Positions 1 to 13,222 of a stretch of 64,000 nucleotides of DNA are shown one piece after another; position 1 is the first letter of the stretch; every line of letters starts with the position of its first letter. The stretch comes from Eledone cirrhosa. Lineage: Eukaryota. Location: the NCBI GenBank assembly GCA_964016885.1, contig OZ024743.1, positions 279,930,001 to 279,994,000 of the forward strand, given 5' to 3'. Both the position numbers and the translations under genes were made by a program. The notes beneath the pieces were generated by a model. The model saw only the letters and a list, made by a program, of their open reading frames with translations. It did not search any database and was not told where the DNA came from.

Positions 1-611
1 TTTGCAGTATTAGAGAAAATACTTTAATTTTAATGATGCCATCATTATTAATATTTTGTACTTTTCAAGAATATTTAGGCAATGTGGTTTCATGTGGTAA
101 AAGTTCTTGAGATTTAATATACTATTAAGCGAATAAAGAAGTTTAACAGAAACGAGACATTAGTTACGTATTTAGTCAGCTTCAGAACACTACTGAATTA
201 ACATTAATTGAGCCCACTGATCAGTTCAATTTTATGACTTTAGAAGAATATTTGGATGTTGATTAAAGAGTAGTTATTTTGTGGTGATTGATTGTCATAA
301 GAAGTTTGTTTTGGTTGTATGCCTTCTCCAAAGTAACCATGAATCCAGTTGGTTTTGCATACACTGACTATCTCACTAAATCACAAGATTTAAACTGATT
401 TTAACTCATCTAGTATGAGGATCGCTGCATGCGAAGCCGACATCACAATTTTATCGTAGTATGGTAAAACTTTTGCACACACTTCATGTATATGCCGTAG
501 AAATTGTGAAGTGCATAACATTAAATTGATTAACTGTCTTTCTAATCGTTTATTTAGACAAATATGCACAGCTTAAATACTGCGCTCACATCTACACACC
601 TACACAAACAC

Positions 612-697
<86 letters not shown>

Positions 698-2057
698 GAG
701 AGAGAGAGGGAAAGTATATGCTCCATTCAACAAATTCCTCTTTTCAATATGTTTTTGGACATCACTGATACATTAAAATGAACTAAAATTAAGATTATAT
801 GTCGAAGAAGATTGCGGATGATGGATTCGTTGTGAACACCATTCACACACCAAGTACTTATAAATGGGCTTTATTTTGTTCATTGCAAAACAAATACAAC
901 CAGTGCACAATTGAAATGAATAGTTAATCCGTTTTTAAATAATATGTAGAGTAGAATCAGGTAACTTCCAGTTATTCAAGATGGTGGAAACGAAAATTGA
1001 AAAGGATGTGTTGTACTGGTGTGAAAATCATATACATCTTGTAATGAAGTGAATATGAAAAGTGAACACGACGGTATTGCTGATATGAGTTATTGAAGCA
1101 GCACTAGGTTGAGAATTGGAAATTTTTACTTGTCGATTTGTATTATGCCTCATTTTCAAAAATATGAGATCAATCACTTTTGAGTAGTAATCGTTCTTGC
1201 TTTTTTTTTTCTTGCAATATTTTTTGTATTCCTGCATAGACGAATGCACATTTTTAATCACGTTTCAACTACAATCAATGTTTGTAACGCCTTTGTGTAA
1301 AATTGCCAACGCACTCACAATTAAAGTGAATGCCTTTGTCAATTTCTTTAACTTCGATCGACTTTTCGACTAATTCTTCTTTTTAGTGCTTCCTCATCTT
1401 CTCACTCAAATGTAAAGCACATTCTGAAGACTTTGAACATCTTCGTCGAGGAATCCTAATAACTATTCAACGTATTCGAACTCCGATTATTCAAGTATCT
1501 TTTATTTATTTATTTTTCTATAGCAAAGAAAAATGTTAATTTTGTATTTGTAAAGTTGTTAATGCGTATTTATTCTAGTTCTCTGTGTTATGAGTTCAAA
1601 TTTCAATGTGACTAATTTTGCTATTCAGCGTTACGGAGTTGGTAAAATGGAGTACCAGTCCAAAGCCACAGTCTAATCGCCCAATAAGATATTTTGTAGT
1701 GTTTATCCCAGTTCTCAGTGTTCAGAGTCATTGCGTAAGAGATTTAATCCGTCACCGGTCTAGTTTTTAGGTGTTTTAGTGGAGCCCAATCTGCATTCGA
1801 ATTCGCTAAGCAGTTTAAAGATAACGTCTTTCCTTCCTTCCGCCAATTTCGGAGACCCTGAAAAATGTATGCTTATGGTCACTAACGTTCCATTTATTTA
1901 TAAACTAAAACAAAAAATAAGATCACTAATGAGTTTTAAAATAATAATCAGTATACTATCCAAGCTATTTTGTTTTACAAATATCTATACATAATTGACT
2001 ACGTGCATTCTATTCCTTATCAACGCCCATTATAGGATTTCTGATAAAGAAAAAAAA

Positions 2058-2251
2058 TGTTTTCTACTTTTGGCATAAAGCCATTATTTTAAAGTGAGGT
2101 GGAGAGTCGATTAAATCAACCCAAGTGTGTTACTGTTACTTTCTTATCTCGACGTGGTAAGGATGAGCAAAGCTATTGGGCTGGATTTGAACTCAGAACT
2201 TATGATGCAAAGCTTGATGTCCGGCACTCAACCGATATCGTCATCCACCGC
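2058..2251 (-). mobile_element. Degenerate copy of the abundant tRNA-related SINE
   Basis: Reverse-complement similarity to 39627-39845 (ATTTGAACTCAGA, AAGGATGA, GTCGATTAAATC). Confidence 0.65.
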
Positions 2252-3390
2252 CATCGCACGAGGAAAAAATAAGAATACTTTCACTATCTTACGGCGTTTT
2301 CGCTAAATCCGCAAGTATTCTGTTGAGCCTTATATGTACCAAGCGATCCTTGATTCAGAAACTGGAGGAGTTTGTCTGAATATATGAAAATAATACAACT
2401 CCCAAAAATATACAAATCTTAAATAGATGTTATATTTTACCCTACGTCAAATCTGATTGATCATTTCTATTATCAAAAGAGTTTCACCCATAATCTGTAT
2501 TTGTTTTAGCCACAGTGTATGTAATGCAATAATTTGTGAGTAAGTTGGCTGCTAAATCTATACTGTCGATCAACCGCGTAACATCTCACTCACTGACTCG
2601 AATGTCAATATATAGTAAAAGGTAATGGATAGCAGAATGGGAAAATCAAGTTCCAATCCCACCAGTGTTGACTTTGCTCTTCTTTCAATAAAGTAAATAG
2701 AAATTAAGCTCCAGGGTATGTTTAATACACTATTTTCTCCCGTAAATGTTGTAGCGTTTTAGCAATATACGAAATATATATTAAAGATTTAATAGATTGA
2801 TTCAATATTGATTTGCTATCAACCTATTAATTGTGGAATAACATGTAAATTGTATACTTCACGGTTGAGTCTTGTTTAAAGAAGCACGCAAATGAAAGAG
2901 GAAAAAAGGTTTTGAAGTATTTTGAATGCGGATTCTTAATTATAAGTTATTCAATAAACAACTTAAGATATAAAAAAAAAGGTAAATTCCTTTTTACAAT
3001 TTATCTCTTGTCAACAATAAATAAATTCAAGTGTTATGAACAGGAAAAAATAAAGCGATTCTTTCATATATATTTTCTTGGAGAAAATGCACGGCAAATA
3101 TTGAATTTGAGGACATTAATTAAAATAAAGATGGGGGTGATTAAAAAATATGTTATTCATTTTGTTATCAATTGTGAAATTCTAAGAAGTAGCCTGGAGT
3201 CTCAAGCTGAAGAATATTCTTATTTCAACCCATGTTGGGGAAATCTATATCTAAATTGACAAACTCCACACATCTGCTCATTAAATTGCATTACATTTCA
3301 TTAAGATAGTTAAGGTATAAATATTTTTGTATATTTAAACCTAGAAAGTACATTCACTCACTTACACACACACACATACATATATATTTA

Positions 3391-4166
3391 CGAGGTGTGT
3401 CAGAAAAGTTCCAGGACTGATGTCACAAAAGATTTATTTCAAACCCAAATTACACACTAAGAGTTTTCTCCTTCAAAGTAATCCCCCTGGAGTATGTAAC
3501 TGTAATCTTAGCTCTCTGCAGCGATCAAACTTTTTTCTTCATAATTTTATATACATGTCCTCTGTTTCAGGTCGTCAATCAATGAGAACAGAGCAACGAA
3601 CAAACTTGAAAACTCCGTCAGAAGCACTGGGATTGCTGCAGCAAGTGTATGGAGATGAGACGATGTCACGCTCACGCGTTTCTGAGAGGTGCAAGAGGTT
3701 TAAAGAAGGACGAGAGGACGTGGAAGCTGACCCCAGGAGCGGAAGGCCCTCAACAACCAGGACTGAGGTCAACGTTGAGCGCGTCAGGAAGATGGTGCCA
3801 AAACTGCTGAACGATGACCAGAAGGATGGACGCTTGCAAGTGTGCCAGGACATCCTCGAGCGTCTTGAAACCGAACCAGACTTGCTAGGGATAGTCATCA
3901 CCGGTGATGAATCATGGATCTTCAAGTACGACCCGGAGGGGAACCGTTTTGAAGGCGTGGACGACATCAAAACGACCGTGACGACGGAACTACGGAGGAT
4001 CCCGGAAGAATCCTTCCAGGAGTACATGCAAGCGTGGCAGAAAAAGATGGAAAAGTGCATTAGACTCCAGGGGGATTAAATTTAAGGAGAACACTCTTAG
4101 TGTGAAGATTGGGTTTGAAGATTGGGTTTTGTACCATCAGTCCTGGAACGTTTCTGACCCACTTCG
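3391..4166 (+). mobile_element. Internally deleted mariner (Tc1/mariner) DNA transposon
   Basis: Imperfect ~32-bp TIRs (CGAGGTGTGTCAGAAAAGTTCCAGGACTGATG at 3391-3422; complement at 4135-4166), TA on both sides, transposase remnant inside. Confidence 0.92.
3420..4079 (+). pseudogene. Mariner transposase remnant with internal deletions
   Basis: HTH-region motifs (VYGDETMSRSRV, FKEGREDVEADPRSGRPST), VPKLL (WVPxxL-like), first catalytic motif IVITGDESWIFKYDP and C-terminal KCIRLQGD. The segment with the other two catalytic Asp is missing. Confidence 0.88.
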
Positions 4167-4183
4167 TACATATATATATACAC

Positions 4184-4255
<72 letters not shown>

Positions 4256-4523
4256 GTATGTGTGTGTGTGTGCGTGTGTGTGGGTGTGTGTGAGTGTGTG
4301 TTCTTCTGGTTTTATAATTTCACAAATTTTTTCCCCATAGAGAGAGGGTCGATTTCTAACATAGACACAAGACTCTCTCATTGGAATTTACACAACATCA
4401 ACTAGGTAGATTATGTATGCATGCATGTGTAGATATGGATGTTGTTGTATGTTTGGATGTGGATGTTTTGAGCTGTATGTGTGCATGTGTATATGCTTTG
4501 TATCTGTACATGTGTATATGCAG

Positions 4524-5645
4524 TTATTAGATGCAACATTTTAGGAATGTTTTACATATTTTTACTGTTCCATTAATGGATTGTACTTGTAATTTCCTAA
4601 CTAGCTGTGTTCTTTCTGTTCCTGTGAAGCCTAGCTTCTCAAGATTTGTATTGAGGCAGTTGCTAACATACCCCAGTGCCCCAATAATCACAGGCATAAA
4701 TCCGAAGGTGTAATCAGGGTGGAGTATCTGCAGATTTCTCATCAGTTCTGCATAAATATTCTATTTTCGCTAATCTTTGATATTATATTGGCATCTGCTG
4801 GGCAGCTAATTTCCACTACTGTGCATGCTTTATTCTCCCTGTCCCATATCATAATATCTGGTCTGTTATGCCTGCATTTTATTGCGGTTTTTACTGGAAC
4901 ATTCCACCAGTACTCTTTCATATTATGTATGTGGATGTCTTCCACATTGCTGTAGCTTTTAATGTGTTTATTATCGGGGCTATCTTTTTTACGAACTACA
5001 TTGTACAGTGTTTTGGCCACTACATCATGCCTCATAGGTAGATAGTACGGCGATGACATCTTCGGACAGCTGCTGATGACATGGGTGATATCCTCGATGT
5101 TAGTTCTGCAGCGTCTGCACTTGTTATCACATCTAGGTGTTTTGCCTGCATCCCTATCTCTTTTGTGAATCAGGTATTTCGTGTTAATCTCCTGTTCTTG
5201 GATTGCAAAAGCGTATCCTTCAAAGTGGGAGCCAATATAGCCGTTGTTGGTCTAAGATAGACTACTTTCCTTATCTATATTACTCTCACTCTGGAGCTTC
5301 CTGGCAACATATCCATGCAGGAGTTTTTGCTGATAAGCATGCAGTTGTTTATCCATGGATTCGCTGCGATACTGCTGAGCGACTTCCCTGGGTGTGAGTT
5401 TTTGATTATCACACAGGGAATATATCTCGAGGAGTTCCTTCCCAACTCTCATGATCTTATCTGTTTCATGCAGATAGACTTGCTCGAGGGACGGGCTCCT
5501 ACGCTTCGAGGTTCGTAGATGTTGTCGGAGGGATATGATGCGACACTTAAATGCTGTCACGACTGATGTTAGGCCTCTGCCTCCCTGCTTACGTTTCAAA
5601 TAAAGGCGGTTTATGTCACTGTTGATGTGGAAGTTTCCGGTGTTG
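4524..5645 (-). mobile_element. 5'-truncated, frameshifted non-LTR retrotransposon with restriction-like endonuclease (R4/Dong-like)
   Basis: ORF pieces [27 protein letters not shown] zinc knuckle region, RHDVVAK, RPDIMIWD...VEISCPAD (PD..D/E endonuclease), PVIIGALG. The 5' end abuts a (TATG)n array. Confidence 0.85.
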
Positions 5646-5719
5646 TATGTATGTATGTATGTATGTATGTATGTATGTATGTATGTATGTATGTATGTAT
5701 GTATGTATGTATGTATGTA

Positions 5720-6135
5720 TCTAGGAGCAAAGATTTGGAACACAGAGGATGATGCTGTGGAGAGAAAGAGTACAGCCTGGATCGGCGTGTCACAGTTTGA
5801 AGTCGGTGGGGAAGTCGGACATTCGTAAAGACCTGAAAATCCGTATTTTCATCGCTACAGTGGACATTGATCAAGAGACTCACTCAGATGGTGGATGGGT
5901 GCTACAGGAGAATGCAGAAGATGGCTCTTTGCATTAATCAGTATACACTGAATGTCTGCTCGAAAGTAGCACAGAGGAGATTGAGGTTAGCTGGACATGC
6001 TTACCGACATTCGGAGTTGACACTGCACTCAGACGCCTTGTGGGAGCCCCTACACGGACACACTAGAAGAAGGTGACTGAGGATATATTGATGCACTAAG
6101 GACAGACACTGCTCTCTGAGAGAGGCAGGACATGG
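5720..6135 (+). mobile_element. Degenerate RTE-like LINE 3' fragment
   Basis: Frameshifted pieces [25 protein letters not shown] and RRLRLAGHAYRH resemble the RTE C-terminal region. Confidence 0.7.
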
Positions 6136-6482
6136 CGGCGATGATGGAGAGAACTCGTCAATGGATCTCGGGAATTTTACTCTCCCTAGATGAGATATAC
6201 ATACATACAGTCAGACACATACACTCACATAATCTACCAAATTTTACTCACAAAACATTTATAGAAAATACACATTTGCTCAGGTTGCCACGTTGTCAGA
6301 TCAAGCCCGTAACCACTTGGCTGTAAAGCATACTTCTTAAATATATAGCTATACTTGCTCAGTAATATCTATAATTACTAATTTCTTCTCATTTAAGTAT
6401 CATAGAAGCCATTTGAATTAATTCTACTGTGTAACTGATATGTATTTCCTCCACCTCCTCTTCCCCATCATCATTATTATCA

Positions 6483-6673
6483 CGGTGGATTGGTAGTATC
6501 GGTAGGGGGTCGGACGCCATGCTTTTCTGCGAAGAGTTACGGCCCTTTATGGTATGAGCTCAAATCCCGCCGAAGTTAAATTTGCCTCACATCCTTACGG
6601 GGTCGATAAAATAAACTACCAGTAATGCACTGGGTTAATTGCCGGCCTTGTACCAAAAGTAGAAATAATTATT
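6483..6673 (+). mobile_element. Abundant SINE (Deu/Nin-domain-like core)
   Basis: GGTGGATTGG.AGTATCGGTAG head, B-box-like GAGCTCAAATCCCGCC, core CATCCTTACGGGGTCGATAAAATAAA, (ATT)n tail. More than 12 related copies in the window. Confidence 0.8.
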
Positions 6674-6705
6674 ATTACCATCATCATCATCGTCATTATC
6701 ATCGT

Positions 6706-7015
6706 GTGAAGGTGTGTGTCAGAGGGGTAAGGTATATTCGGCTGAAAATCGTAAGGATTCCGGTTCCCGACAGCACGTTGTGTCTTTGGGCTTTATGGAT
6801 ATGACGCTGCTCCAATCCATACAGCTGGCAAAAATGAGTCGTAACTGTAATTCAAAGGACGAGTGTTTTTCTAAACTGTCTCCAGCTGAATCACCCTGAA
6901 AACTACGTTATGAGTGCAGTGGCAAGTGGACGTCTCAGTCACTTGCATGATTATTACACGAGCAATCTGTCCTATCGTTTAGAATAATTGGAACTCTCCT
7001 CGTTGGAAATGACGG
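6706..7015 (+). mobile_element. Degenerate tRNA-derived CORE-type SINE
   Basis: Weak similarity to 43591-43878 (GTTGTGTCTTTGGGC, CAGCTGGCAAAAATGAGT). Confidence 0.5.
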
Positions 7016-7870
7016 TAATACATCCATTCATTTCATCTAACCGAATCAATGAATGCCCATTTGTCATCAGTGGAGAAATCTGAAGTGAAGTTATGTCAAG
7101 AAGATCGAAAGAAGAAAATGCAAAGACGTTTAATCTGGATATCAGCTGGCTTTTACCAACTTGCCTTCTAATAATTTATTGAATATATCAATATATAACC
7201 CAAACTAGCATATCTCTTCTTTACACAAATACAACACAAAGATTTACGTAAACACAGAGAAACGAGAAGCAAAACAGGCGAGCGAATTATATATTCAGTT
7301 AATTTGTTTTCGTTTCATTTTCGTGTGTGTATTATTTATTTTCATTTTTACACTTATTCTGTTTTATATTTATTTTTATTTTGATATTTTTATTTATTTC
7401 TATTTTTTGACACACTTTAAGCTTAATAGTTGTAGGTTGTGGTTGATATTTTTCTATTTTTGATATTTTCTTTTATTCTTATTATTTTTCATTTTGTTTG
7501 ATTTTGCTTTCTTCTATTCCGTTTTGTTATTTTTTTTTTCTTAAACATTGTCGATATAAAATAGAGGAAAACACAAAAACAAAGAAGATATTCCAGAAAA
7601 TATTGATCCATATTTACAGCAAGGATCAAATATTTCTATTACTTACATTTATTTCCTCAAAAGAAAGTAATGCAAACATAGTTTTACATTCCTCCTCCAC
7701 ACACCACAACGCACATACACACCTAGTTTATTATTTGCTAGGAATTTTATATATTTTATATAACATTATTTATTCGTTTGATTGTTTTGATTTTCATGTC
7801 AGTTTTTTTTTACATTATTTTATTAATTGTATTTGCTACATGTATGCATGCATGTATATATATACGCATG

Positions 7871-7921
<51 letters not shown>

Positions 7922-8024
7922 CATGTGTGTGTGTGTGTGTGTGTGTGTATCGAGGTATATCGAAGTATATGCATGCATAATTTATTTCTTTTCTTAATAC
8001 TGTTTTCTTTTTATACAAATATAT

Positions 8025-8127
<103 letters not shown>

Positions 8128-8611
8128 TGTGTGTACGTGTGTGTACGTGTGTGTCTGTGTGTGTCTGTGTTTATATATACAGTATTTTATGCCTTTAGAT
8201 TTTCTATGGTTGGAAATTATAGTGAAGCCACCTTAATGATATCAAATCATCAAACTTCATACAAAGAACAGAAATAGAAGGTAAAGGCGAGGAAGTAAAA
8301 CGTAAAAGAAAATACACGAAAAGAAACACAACAAATTTATCCAACCACGATGCCCCAATCAAAGTATATTATTGCGTTTTTCCAATTTCCTGCTGGTTCA
8401 GGTACCACAATAATATTGAAGGAACAAAGTTGTTAAATTTATACCCGTCATATATATGCGTGTGTATATATATATATATATTGTATATATTATATATATA
8501 TATACATATATATATATACATATATATATATATATGTGTGTGTGTGTATATATATACACACATATATATATATATATATACATATATATGTAAGAATATT
8601 TTCGATATATA

Positions 8612-8654
<43 letters not shown>

Positions 8655-8690
8655 TATATATATTATATATGTATGTATATATATTATATA

Positions 8691-8759
<69 letters not shown>

Positions 8760-9571
8760 GTTTATATATATATACACACCTATGTGTTGATATGTATAAA
8801 TACATGCATACGTATATTTATAGATAAAAATGTATTATTATACACCATCCTTTCCTCGCACGCGACCATTCACACATGCCAGACTCTGAATGTGTTTCTT
8901 AAGGATAACATGGGATAAATAAATAAACATTTAAAGCATTGGAAAGAATTTTTCCGTATCTGTGTGGAGATGCTTGTGTCATCAAACCGACATACTTATC
9001 CATGTTGTATGATAGTTTCGACATATGTTGTCTGTATAATGTATCCATCTACGCATGCCTTAGTTTTTATAGCATAACATTCTTCATCTATGCACATCTC
9101 TTGAACACATATTTGTGCAAAGCACACGTCATATTTATACATATGTGTGTATATGCGCGTGTATACATATAAAAACACACACAAACTTATATCTTTACTA
9201 GATCTATATATTTCATTTCTTGGTGTCAACATTTTGGTCACTCTCTCTGCAACTTGATCAGAGACACCATTCCACTGCTACCAAGAAACTGTGTAAGTCA
9301 CTAGGTCGCAGGCAGGTCGAATATGATAAAGAAATATTTACTATCATAGCGGCTAGCAGATCATTTCTGTTAGTGTTCATGCTGAGTTTTACTCAATGAA
9401 ACAGCAGTAGGGACCTTGAGTAAATAGGTAAATATTTCTTTATATTATTTGCGTTTCCCAAATTAATTTGTACTATGCTCTGAATAATTGATCTTTAATT
9501 AATTCCTTCATCGAGCCAAATTTATATCTGTCTCATATGACTGGCTATACTGGTGTATATATGTATATACG

Positions 9572-9688
9572 TGAAGGCGTGTGGTTGAGTGGTTAAAGAA
9601 TTGGATTTGCAATCGTGAGTTTGTGAGATCGATTCTCGGACCGGGTGATGCGTTATGTCCTTAAGCAAGACACTTTATTTCACGTTGC
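9572..9688 (+). mobile_element. 5' part of a tRNA-derived CORE-type SINE
   Basis: A-box-like TGGTTGAGTGG, B-box-like GATCGATTC, then GTCCTTAAGCAAGACACTTTATTTCACGTTG as in 43591-43878. A similar fragment lies at ~18462-18578. Confidence 0.65.
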
Positions 9689-10380
9689 GCGTTCTACCTG
9701 GATTTACGACCGATAGATAGTATTAGCAATTGTAAAGACCAATGGAAACATTGTTTCCTCGGTCCGAAATGACGAATGTTGATCGACTGTCCTTATGTAT
9801 ATATCTTCAGTATATTTGTTAATTACTCCCTTGCGGTCGAGTAAAGAATTTGACCGAATCCGACTGCTATATTTAGCAGCCTTTTCACTTGCCATTGTCC
9901 ACATACATCTGCCCGTCTGTCGGAGGCTAATCACCTGATAATTCTCCCGTTTGAATTTAATCGTGGTTCGAGGACAACTCAGTCGAATTTATTTCTTGTT
10001 TAAAAATGTTTCAAGAAGATCTGAGATTTTCAAACTTCATACTGAGTTTTGCTTGAGTAAATAGCTAAATATTTCTTTATTTTATTTGCGTTATTTATTA
10101 TACATAAATATATGAAGTTAGCCCCACAACAAATGTGTAAACGCTACTCGACGATGCGCGTTGGTAATTCGTTGGATGAAACGCGTGTTTTCGAGTATGG
10201 TTTGGTAATTTGTTGTGGAACTAAATTTATACCGAATTCGTCCTAAGGATTTAGTGCTCTATTCTTCCCGGTGTTTTACCACTATATGGTGGCTTAGTTC
10301 GGATCCAGCTGTCGAATCGGCTGAAGCTTAGCCGTCGGGCTCCTGACTCTTTTCGTATATATATTATATGTGTGTGTGTG

Positions 10381-10421
<41 letters not shown>

Positions 10422-10422
<1 letters not shown>

Positions 10423-10815
10423 GATCCCGGGTTAAATCGGGGATAACCACAGTAAGTAAGGTACTCAATACATAGCAGAGTAAAAGTAATTTAATATAGA
10501 AATGGCTACTACAGGACTAGAACTGTTTCATTCTGAGGAAATCATCAGAAATAAAACGTAAATTTCTGGTATTTATACATTTTGTCATGGTAAGCGAAGG
10601 GTAGTGGTTGGGAGGGGGTAGGGGTCATGGTGGGATTAAAGGATGGGGATTCTTAGGAAAAACAAAATTTATTTAGAGAAAGAAGTTTCGGAGCACGTTC
10701 CATTTGAAATAAACACTATCTTATTCTATAGGACAATTTTGAACAAAAGGTATATCAAATAGTTGATCAAAACAGCTGTGGAAATGGTAGGTTAGTACAA
10801 GGTCACAAGCATTCA
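10422..10815 (-). mobile_element. PLE pLTR fragment, family B, with HHR motif
   Basis: Inverted homologue of 12760-13106; 3' end shared with 15884-15965 and 57280-57447; ends in (TA)n; minus-strand CTGATGA..GAAA-CAG..CTG-TA at 10504-10552. Confidence 0.7.
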
Positions 10816-11148
10816 CGCCAACACACAGGCGCCCACGCACGCGCACACACGCACACGCACGCACACACACACACACACATACACACACACATAAATACAT
10901 ATATACACATACATATACCTACATACAGACACACCTACACACATGTGTGTGTATATATATATATACATATATATATGTACACATGTATATGTTTATATAC
11001 ATATATATATACACATACATACACATACATATATATATATATACATATACATATATATATACACACTCACATATATATACATACACTCTCACACACATAT
11101 ATATGCGCACACATATATATATATGTACATACACACACTCTTACACAA

Positions 11149-11188
<40 letters not shown>

Positions 11189-11269
11189 TTGTGTATAATG
11201 GTAGCTATGGTGCTTCCATAGGCGGTATGCCAAAATTAGCACTCAATATTCATACAGAGCATAGTGTGG

Positions 11270-11629
11270 ATAGTATAAAAAAAACGAAAAATCAGTGATG
11301 CCTCTGGACTCAGTTTATTGCGTGTTACAATTGTTTCGCCGGCAGGTAGCTCGGGACATGATCACTGTGTGGATCTCGCTGATTGTACGGCTGCAGGTTC
11401 CTTCGGACACGTGCAGTTCGTTCGGAGCAAATTTTCTCGAAAATTTCGTTCCGAGCAAATTTTCTCACGAGAAAATTTGCTCGGAACGAACTGCACGTGT
11501 CCGAAGGAACCTGCAGCCGTACAATCAGCGAGATCCACACAGTGATCATGTCCCGAGCTACCTGCCGGCGAAACAATTGTAACACGCAATAAACTGAGTC
11601 CAGATGCATCACTAATTTTTCGTTTTTTA

Positions 11630-11635
<6 letters not shown>
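11270..11635. mobile_element. Near-perfect fold-back with ~170-bp arms, probably head-to-head PLE pLTR ends
   Basis: 11270-11440 is the reverse complement of ~11468-11635, with a short internal duplication at the centre. The right end runs into (TA)n and each arm carries a hammerhead-like motif. Confidence 0.8.
11496..11586 (+). ncRNA. Hammerhead-like motif with variant core and long stem II (mirror copy 11321-11411, minus)
   Basis: Stem I CGTGT/ACACG; core CCGAAGG(A); GCCG/CGGC next to GAAA (11570-11573); palindromic stem III CAATTG; GUA triplet. Confidence 0.55.
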
Positions 11636-11670
<35 letters not shown>

Positions 11671-11722
11671 TACATACATACATATACATACATACACACA
11701 TTATATATATATATATACATAT

Positions 11723-11754
<32 letters not shown>

Positions 11755-11774
11755 ATATACACATATATATATAC

Positions 11775-11805
<31 letters not shown>

Positions 11806-11841
11806 CATATACACATATATATACACACACATACATACACA

Positions 11842-11873
<32 letters not shown>

Positions 11874-12021
11874 CATATATACACACACACACACACATAC
11901 ACATACACTACATATACATGCATATATATATACACACACACACATACATACACACACACACATATATATATATATATACATACATACATACATACATATA
12001 CACACATACACACATATACGC

Positions 12022-12115
<94 letters not shown>

Positions 12116-12127
12116 ATATATATATAG

Positions 12128-12215
<88 letters not shown>

Positions 12216-12591
12216 TTATATACACATATAAACACATAAAAATACACAAAGGGAAAATTTAAGGAAACGATCAAAATATGAAAAAACCATCAAATAACAT
12301 GAATTAAAATTAAGTAACATAAAATACAAGTAGATAAAAGTAAAGTATAAGTTATAAGTTTGAAAGGTAAGAAAACGAAGGTAGGGTTGGGATGGGATGG
12401 GGGTGCGGGGGAGTGTGTTTAAAGTCTAATGTCGATTCCGTTGTCTTCTGGGATCATCGTTCAGGGGGAAGAACTGTTCTATATGACTTGCATAGTTTTT
12501 GTGCATGCGATTCGAGCAGTGTTCTGATGAGAGTCTATTGAGTAACGGTCCTTTGGCGAATAGTATTTGTAGGTGTATGTATGTGTGTACA

Positions 12592-12650
<59 letters not shown>

Positions 12651-12759
12651 GTGTGTATGTGTGTCTGTATTTAGGTATATGTATGTGTATATATGTATTT
12701 ATGTGCGTGTGATGTGTGTGTGTGTGTGCGTGCGTGGGGGCTTGTGTGTTGGCGTGAGT

Positions 12760-13106
12760 GCTTGTGACCTTGTACTAACCTACCATTTCCACAGATGTTT
12801 CGATGAACTATTTGATATACCTTTTGTTCAAAATTGAATAAGATAGTGTTTATTTCAATTGCAACCTGCTCCGAAACTTCTTTGCTCTAAATAAATTTTG
12901 TTTTTTCTAAGAATCCTCATCATTTAATCCCACCATGACCTCTACCACCATCCATCCTCCACTCCACATCCCCACCCCCAACCACTACCCTTCCCTTACC
13001 ATGGCAAAATGTATAAATACCAGAAATTTACATTGACAGTCGGCTTTCTGATGATTTCCTCCGAATGAAACAGTTCTAGTCCTGTAGAAGCCATTTCTAT
13101 ATTAAA
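12760..13106 (+). mobile_element. PLE pLTR fragment, family B
   Basis: Homologous to 10422-10815; TATAAATACCAG box followed by an HHR; ends in (TA)n. Confidence 0.7.
13042..13092 (+). ncRNA. Type I hammerhead ribozyme motif
   Basis: GGCTTT-CTGATGA-T-TTC(CTCC)GAA-T-GAAA-CAG(TTCTAGTC)CTG-TA-GAAGCC; predicted cleavage after A13086. Confidence 0.8.
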
Positions 13107-13187
13107 TATATATATATATATATATATATTTGTGAGAAATATATATATAGATGTTAGAAAAACCACTGACCTTCCATCTCAACTCTA

Positions 13188-13222
13188 CTTTTGAAAAGCA
13201 GAAGACTGCGAAACCGGTAAAG
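13188..13222 (+). ncRNA. Minimal type I hammerhead with U3-A8 core
   Basis: CTT-TTGAAAA-GCAG(AAGA)CTGC-GAAA-CCGG-TA-AAG, inside a ~210-bp unit (13152-13362) between (TA)n tracts. Confidence 0.6.

Noticed and set aside
10090-10230. Imperfect hairpin with TACTCGACGATG...GAAACGCGT...TCGAGTA
   Set aside because: Reminiscent of a decayed hammerhead, but the core and stem III do not fit.
12522-12560. CTGATGA followed by GAGTC
   Set aside because: No matching stem II with GAAA and stem III found.
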